From a virus (lineage: Duplodnaviria; Caudoviricetes): a stretch of 64,000 bases of DNA. Shown piece by piece: positions 60,422 through 64,000 of the stretch. The stretch spans positions 1 to 64,000 of IMG/VR virus record IMGVR_UViG_3300035562_000082; one strand, written 5' to 3'. Below the pieces are notes generated by a model. It worked only from the letters and a program-made list of their open reading frames with translations. It ran no database searches and had not been told where the DNA came from. The position numbers and the translations under genes were made by a program. Position 1 is the stretch's first letter, and each line of letters starts with the position of its first letter.

Positions 60422-61455
60422 AGTACCTGCCGGCCAATACTCTTGCGTATTACCAAGCGGCGCCGCAGTTTAAACCGCAGGTGTTGACCCATGTGCCGGT
60501 AGCGCGATTGGCCAAGGCCACGCAGATTTACCGGCAGGGTCATACCACGGAGGTACCACCTACGGAGGAAGCCGCCCGGTTCTATGCGTTGAATCACTGT
60601 GCGTCGATCGTACGTGCGCGGTTTACCGTCAATGAGGTTCTGCCGGCCTGGGCGCAGGCGGTGATGCAGGTGTATCTTGAGACCACGATCAAGCAGTCTG
60701 AACGCCTACTGCACTACATGATGTGCATCATCACGCGCGAGGCCCGTAATCAAGGGCACATGACCGACCTTGGGGGGAAGGTTATGGCGGAGATCGAACA
60801 CCAGAGTCCGCAAATGCGGGAGTTCCTGGAACAGATCAAATCCACTGCTGAAATGCAGGCGGTGGGCTGGTATATGGAACAACCGCCAGCGGTAACGGCC
60901 GAGCAGTATGTGCAGGCCATAGCCCACTTGTTTGACCACGGTAAGTGGAGCAGTAGCTACGGCGGGAAGAACTGGGGGAACATCGCGCGGACGGTGTTGA
61001 AGGTCTTGACCGGTGTAACGTCGTTGGAGACCTTGACCGACACCGCGTACACGTTGGCGCACAACGGTGGGCCGATGTTCAACAAGGGCATGCTCTATTC
61101 TTCTTCAGATGAAATCAAAGAACGGTTGTTGATGGTGTTGGACGTACAGCGTGGAGGTCAAGTACCGGAGTTGTTTTTGGATCAGGAGAATTGGGCGGGC
61201 CTTGTACGACCCCCGGGTATCGTGCAGATCGTAGAGCAAGTTCGTCACGAAGTACCTAAGGCCATTGGGCAGTACGTGGATTGGCAGAAGGTGATCAACG
61301 CCAGTCCCGTGGGCGAGTACGACCACCAGTTGAGCAAGCAGCAGCAGAAGCACCCGGCGCCGCAGGTTCAGATGTTCATGGGCAAGCCCGCGAAGAAGGT
61401 CGGGGAGTTCCAGGTGTTTCCTGGGCAATCGGTTGAAGTGTACGAACGAGGATGA
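60418..61455 (+). CDS. Conserved phage hypothetical protein
   Basis: 345 aa; ITREARN, SSYGGKNW, HNGGPMFNKG. Confidence 0.65.
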   Translation: MKYLPANTLAYYQAAPQFKPQVLTHVPVARLAKATQIYRQGHTTEVPPTEEAARFYALNHCASIVRARFTVNEVLPAWAQAVMQVYLETTIKQSERLLHYMMCIITREARNQGHMTDLGGKVMAEIEHQSPQMREFLEQIKSTAEMQAVGWYMEQPPAVTAEQYVQAIAHLFDHGKWSSSYGGKNWGNIARTVLKVLTGVTSLETLTDTAYTLAHNGGPMFNKGMLYSSSDEIKERLLMVLDVQRGGQVPELFLDQENWAGLVRPPGIVQIVEQVRHEVPKAIGQYVDWQKVINASPVGEYDHQLSKQQQKHPAPQVQMFMGKPAKKVGEFQVFPGQSVEVYERG

Positions 61456-62195
61456 TCATGGGCAAGAAGTTGAGTTCGAGTTCGTACGCGCTACCGGCCT
61501 GGGCAGAGGCGGAGATCGCCAGTGCGCCGATGGTGCGGTGTTACGAAACGCATCCTAAGTTATCGGTGACCGATGCCTCGACTGGTCATACGTACTGGGT
61601 GTACGGTGGTAGCTGTAGCTGGCCGGTGGTGGACGACGCGGATATCTACATCGGACTTGATCGCAGCATGACCTTTGCCCATCAGTTGTACCCATGGGAT
61701 GAACCAAAGGTCGATCCGGTGATCGAGGTGCAGTATGTGATCGTGGACATGAGTGTGCCGGCTGATCCGTCGTCGTTCAAGCGGATGGTTAAGTGGATCT
61801 GTCAACAGATTCTTGTGGGCAAGAAGGTGCACGTGGGATGCATCGGTGGTCATGGTCGGACGGGCATGGTGCTGGCGGCCATCGTGTTCGAGCTTTCGGG
61901 CAATCATCAGGCCATTCTGTACGTGCGTGAGCACTACTGCAAGAAGGCCGTGGAGGCCAGTGAACAGATCGAGTTTCTTCATGAGCAATATGGCATGGAC
62001 AAGGCCCAGGCGACCAAGAGCGCGGATGGGAAGGGGTGGAAAGGCGAGGGGGCGTGGGATGGTCAGACCAAGCTGCCGGCGATCTGGCAAGGTAAGGCCC
62101 AGCCACTGCAATCAGTTGCATTTTCTAACGCCACTAGGGTGATTGATCCGACACCCAGCAAGAAATCCTTGTGGAATCCGATTGACAAACCCTAG
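61452..62195 (+). CDS. Dual-specificity/PTP-like phosphatase
   Basis: IVDMSVP and HVGCIGGHGRTG, AVE..EQ. Confidence 0.85.
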   Translation: MIMGKKLSSSSYALPAWAEAEIASAPMVRCYETHPKLSVTDASTGHTYWVYGGSCSWPVVDDADIYIGLDRSMTFAHQLYPWDEPKVDPVIEVQYVIVDMSVPADPSSFKRMVKWICQQILVGKKVHVGCIGGHGRTGMVLAAIVFELSGNHQAILYVREHYCKKAVEASEQIEFLHEQYGMDKAQATKSADGKGWKGEGAWDGQTKLPAIWQGKAQPLQSVAFSNATRVIDPTPSKKSLWNPIDKP

Positions 62196-62244
62196 GGGCT
62201 GTGTTATGCTACGAGTATTGAACGCCGTCTGATCAAGGGAGTGA

Positions 62245-63210
62245 GTGGTGGCGTTGGCGGACAAACAACAGCAGTTCTTCAACCACGTATTGGCCAAGGA
62301 TCACGCCACTACATTGGCTAGGATCCCGCTGTTGGTCAATGATCATCACGTGGAGTTCGACATTCAGTTGTACTCGATCAAGGCCATGATCAACGGCGTG
62401 GGTTCGGCCGTGCATTTGAAATCCAGCACCAACAGCATGATGAAATGCCTGGGTCTACCGTCGGTGCCGACGGAGGTCCTGGTCTCGCAGAAGATGGTCG
62501 CGGGGTTCATCGACAGTTACTACGAGAAGGTCACGGGGTTGGCGGTTAATGTGCCGGTGTCGGATATTCCGGTTGCGGGAAAATCCATGAAGTTCATGGA
62601 CCCCACTAAGTTGATGCCCGATGCGAAGCTGAAGATCGTGCAACCGTGGACTATGGCGGATGTTGGGGAAAAGCCCACCAAGGGTATTGCCGCAGCGGTT
62701 GATGGTGAAAACGGTGGAACTGTTGCGACAGGAGGTCAGCAAGCGGGTAAATCCACGGCTGTTCACATAGGTAAAACCTTGGCTGGAGGTATGGATCTTG
62801 AACAGGCAGCAGCGGTGGCCAAATCAGCGGAGAAGCATGAGTCGGTGTCCAAGCAACCGGCGTGCAAGCCCGGGGTGGTCAAGTTGGCGGACGCCGAGGC
62901 CCTAGGGCAGAGGGTTTACGGTACGAACGAAGGTTCGATCTACAGGTTGATCGCCGCCAATCAACGAGTGAAGGTCGCGGCCAGGGTCAAGGGCCATCAA
63001 CTGTCGATCCGGGTGGAGGTCAAAGCCGCGTTGGTGCCGGAGATTATCAACATCAAGAACAGCGGTGTCACGTGGCATGAACAGGGTTACGGGTCGCTGC
63101 ATCTGGGGTGCAATGGTATGCCGGTGTCGAAAGTCCTGGGGGCGTATCTCTATGGCCTGGGTATCCACTTTGATCGTGTGCTGGCCCCTGGTGAAGAGGT
63201 ACCGGTGTGA
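62245..63210 (+). CDS. Hypothetical protein
   Basis: 321 aa ORF after promoter 62182. Confidence 0.6.
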   Translation: MVALADKQQQFFNHVLAKDHATTLARIPLLVNDHHVEFDIQLYSIKAMINGVGSAVHLKSSTNSMMKCLGLPSVPTEVLVSQKMVAGFIDSYYEKVTGLAVNVPVSDIPVAGKSMKFMDPTKLMPDAKLKIVQPWTMADVGEKPTKGIAAAVDGENGGTVATGGQQAGKSTAVHIGKTLAGGMDLEQAAAVAKSAEKHESVSKQPACKPGVVKLADAEALGQRVYGTNEGSIYRLIAANQRVKVAARVKGHQLSIRVEVKAALVPEIINIKNSGVTWHEQGYGSLHLGCNGMPVSKVLGAYLYGLGIHFDRVLAPGEEVPV

Positions 63211-64000
63211 GTGTTCAAAAGCCATGGATTATTACACTTGAGGGTGATAGTGTGGTTATTCGTCGTCGGGGTAAGCCTGGGCGTATTCGTATTGACGCTG
63301 AGGACAAACATTTTGTTGTCGGTGTTTATGAAGATCTTGACTTCGGTGAAAAAGAACCGGAATTGAATACGTCGATAACGATTGAGTACAGTGAACTTGA
63401 GGTTTTGAGAGATGAAGACCACAAGTCCACAGGCGCGTAAACTACTGACGGCGTTGAACAGCACGTCCGTGGGCGCGGAGGTCAAGTTGGATCTACCGAG
63501 TCTGATACCGGCGTTGCCGTCCAAGGTGCAGGCGATGTTGACCGAGGCCGAGCCCGGCAAGAACTACAGGCTGTCGCTTTGTTGGTGCGGGGTGTTGTTG
63601 ACCGACGTGTGGGTGGAGGTCAAGGACGGCTAGTTGAAAGCGGAGGTCATGTGAAAACCCCGGATACACTGCTATGGGCAGTGGCGGATACACTGCAATT
63701 GAAATTGCATCTGCTGGGCAAGGGCTTTCAGGCGACGGCGATGCGCGACGTACAGGTTGGGTTGTGGAAGCTCCAGCTTGACCTCGTGGCGCGATCGGAC
63801 GTACTGGAAGAGCAGTGTGCGGCGTTTCTGGTGCATGTGCTGGGCTGCCTGTGGATGTATGTGGTGGCGACCGAGGGTAAGATCGTGGTCACGGCCTTTG
63901 ATGGCCCGGCAGTGGGTCTGCGGGTGAAAACCTTGGGGGGCTATGGTATGGGTTCAGTGCCCGGGACGTTGAAGAAGATCGGGCCGGGGATCAAGCAGAA

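Noticed and set aside
1-64000. Prophage boundary, integrase, DGR or retron
   Set aside because: No integrase, reverse transcriptase, att-like junction or host housekeeping block is visible in the window.

Overview
A 64-kb segment of a large tailed dsDNA phage (Caudoviricetes, GC-rich, host probably a proteobacterium). Essentially all credible genes lie on the + strand and are driven by many sigma70-like TTGACA promoters with a recurring CAAGGAGTG ribosome-binding site. In order, the window holds: (1) a replication/recombination module (initiator with internal iterons, degenerate DnaC-like loader, DnaB, primase, SSB-like protein, SF2 helicase, RecA, Hjc-like, Cas4-like and RuvC-like nucleases) with tRNA-Tyr; (2) a hairpin-rich 16.3-17.9 kb stretch with candidate ncRNAs around a DIP1984-like gene, plus an atypical tRNA-Glu; (3) the terminase pair; (4) about 15 kb of small accessory genes; (5) a TIGR-Tas-type locus, namely a nuclease-less Nop-domain protein (TasA-like, 40209-41264) followed immediately by about 48 units of a 36-bp dual-repeat/dual-9-nt-spacer array (41259-43016); (6) ThyX and an anti-defence cluster (two tandem Acb2 homologues and a Tad1-like gene); (7) two large polyvalent proteins built from repeated K-(F/S)N(P/E)xHDxxGRF-headed modules, ending in a RelA/SpoT-like domain; (8) a truncated PPDK-like kinase with two CX5R phosphatases. 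The most striking observation is that one array unit's two spacers, joined in the reported TIGR geometry, rebuild AGTTGCAATCAATTGCAC. Its core, GCAATCAATTGC, occurs 10 times exactly in this window, mostly between genes or at gene ends, often just upstream of promoters, and on both sides of the Tas locus. A second spacer is the exact reverse complement of the phage's TTGACAAAC -35 motif. This suggests an RNA-guided regulator aimed at phage cis-elements. All family calls are by motif recognition only; no searches were run.
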